Below are positions 63,279 through 64,000 of a stretch of 64,000 nucleotides of DNA, in pieces. The notes beneath the pieces were generated by a model. It was not told the origin of the DNA. It worked only from the letters and a program-made list of their open reading frames with translations, and made no database searches. This DNA is from Angustibacter luteus. GTDB taxonomy: Bacteria; Actinomycetota; Actinomycetes; Actinomycetales; Angustibacteraceae. The stretch covers positions 310,001 through 374,000 of the forward strand of contig NZ_BAABFP010000002.1 in the NCBI RefSeq assembly GCF_039541115.1, in the 5' to 3' direction. Numbering within the stretch: position 1 is the first letter of the stretch; each line of letters opens with the position of its first letter. A program made the translations under genes and the position numbers.

Positions 63279-64000
63279 ATGAGCGCCGACGCCGTGACCA
63301 CGCCCGTGCGCGACTGGACGGCCCCCGCCGCCACGACCCCGGTGGACAGCGTCGTGGTGGTGCCCGGCAGCAAGTCCCTGACCAACCGGCTGCTCGTGCT
63401 CGCCGCCGTCGCGGAGGGCCCCAGCCGGCTGCGCCGTCCCCTGCGCTCGCGCGACACCCAGCTGATGGCCGACAGCCTGCGCGCGCTCGGTGCCGACGTC
63501 CAGGACGTGCCCGGGACGGACGGTCTCGACTGGCTGATCACGCCCGGGCCGCTGCGCGGCGGCATCCAGGTGGACGCCGGGCTGGCCGGCACCGTGATGC
63601 GCTTCCTGCCTGCGGTCGCGGCGCTCGCCGACGGACCGGTGACGATCGATGGCGACCCCCGGGCCCGCGAACGCCCCATGGCTCCGGTGCTGGATGCGCT
63701 GCGCGCGCTCGGGGTCGAGGTGGACGACGGTGGGCGCGGCGCGCTGCCCTTCACCGTGCGCGGCGCCGGGTCGGTGCCCGGCGGCTCGGTGACCCTGGAC
63801 GCCTCCGCGTCCAGCCAGTTCGTGTCCGGCCTGCTGCTGGCCGCGGCCCGCTTCGAGCGCGGCGTCGTCGTCCACCACGACGGCAAGCCGGTGCCCAGCC
63901 AGCCGCACATCTCGATGACCGTCGAGGTGCTGCGCGACCGGGGCGTCGTCGTGGACGACAGCGAGCCGAACACCTGGCGGGTCGAGCCCGGCACGGTGAG
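63279..64000 (+). CDS. aroA: EPSP synthase (runs off the right edge)
   Basis: Hand-translated: [36 protein letters not shown] and PSQPH. Confidence 0.93.
   Translation, partial: MSADAVTTPVRDWTAPAATTPVDSVVVVPGSKSLTNRLLVLAAVAEGPSRLRRPLRSRDTQLMADSLRALGADVQDVPGTDGLDWLITPGPLRGGIQVDAGLAGTVMRFLPAVAALADGPVTIDGDPRARERPMAPVLDALRALGVEVDDGGRGALPFTVRGAGSVPGGSVTLDASASSQFVSGLLLAAARFERGVVVHHDGKPVPSQPHISMTVEVLRDRGVVVDDSEPNTWRVEPGTV

Overview
High-GC actinobacterial chromosome segment, mostly housekeeping and collinear, as I recall it, with the Streptomyces aroA-sigR-rsrA ... sodN ... kgd ... argS-lysA-hom-thrC-thrB-rho-rpmE-prfA-prmC-sua5-glyA-rfe-atpI backbone. I see no transposase, integrase, prophage or CRISPR array. 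It carries tRNA-Arg(CCG), a Ni-SOD pair (sodX-sodN), several ABC systems, TetR and PadR operons with visible operators, REP-like palindromes and many leaderless starts. Five short or partial genes missing from the ORF track were read by hand: atpI-like, a DUF6104-like ORF, bL37, aroA and a 23-aa peptide. The most unusual locus is 54679-59694. There, a 23-aa peptide gene (MSKIVSAVEKFLSSQPGWTWMNG) and its promoter/operator are bracketed exactly by a 26-bp inverted repeat. They sit upstream of an intact plus a degenerate membrane HD-GYP protein and pilT, and divergent from an uncharacterised gene. Sigma28 (WhiG/FliA)-like promoters precede pilT, that divergent gene, and a separate receiver-HEAT-GT2-histidine kinase operon inserted between rho and rpmE. 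This suggests (inference) a peptide/c-di-GMP/sigma28 circuit for pili and a surface polysaccharide.
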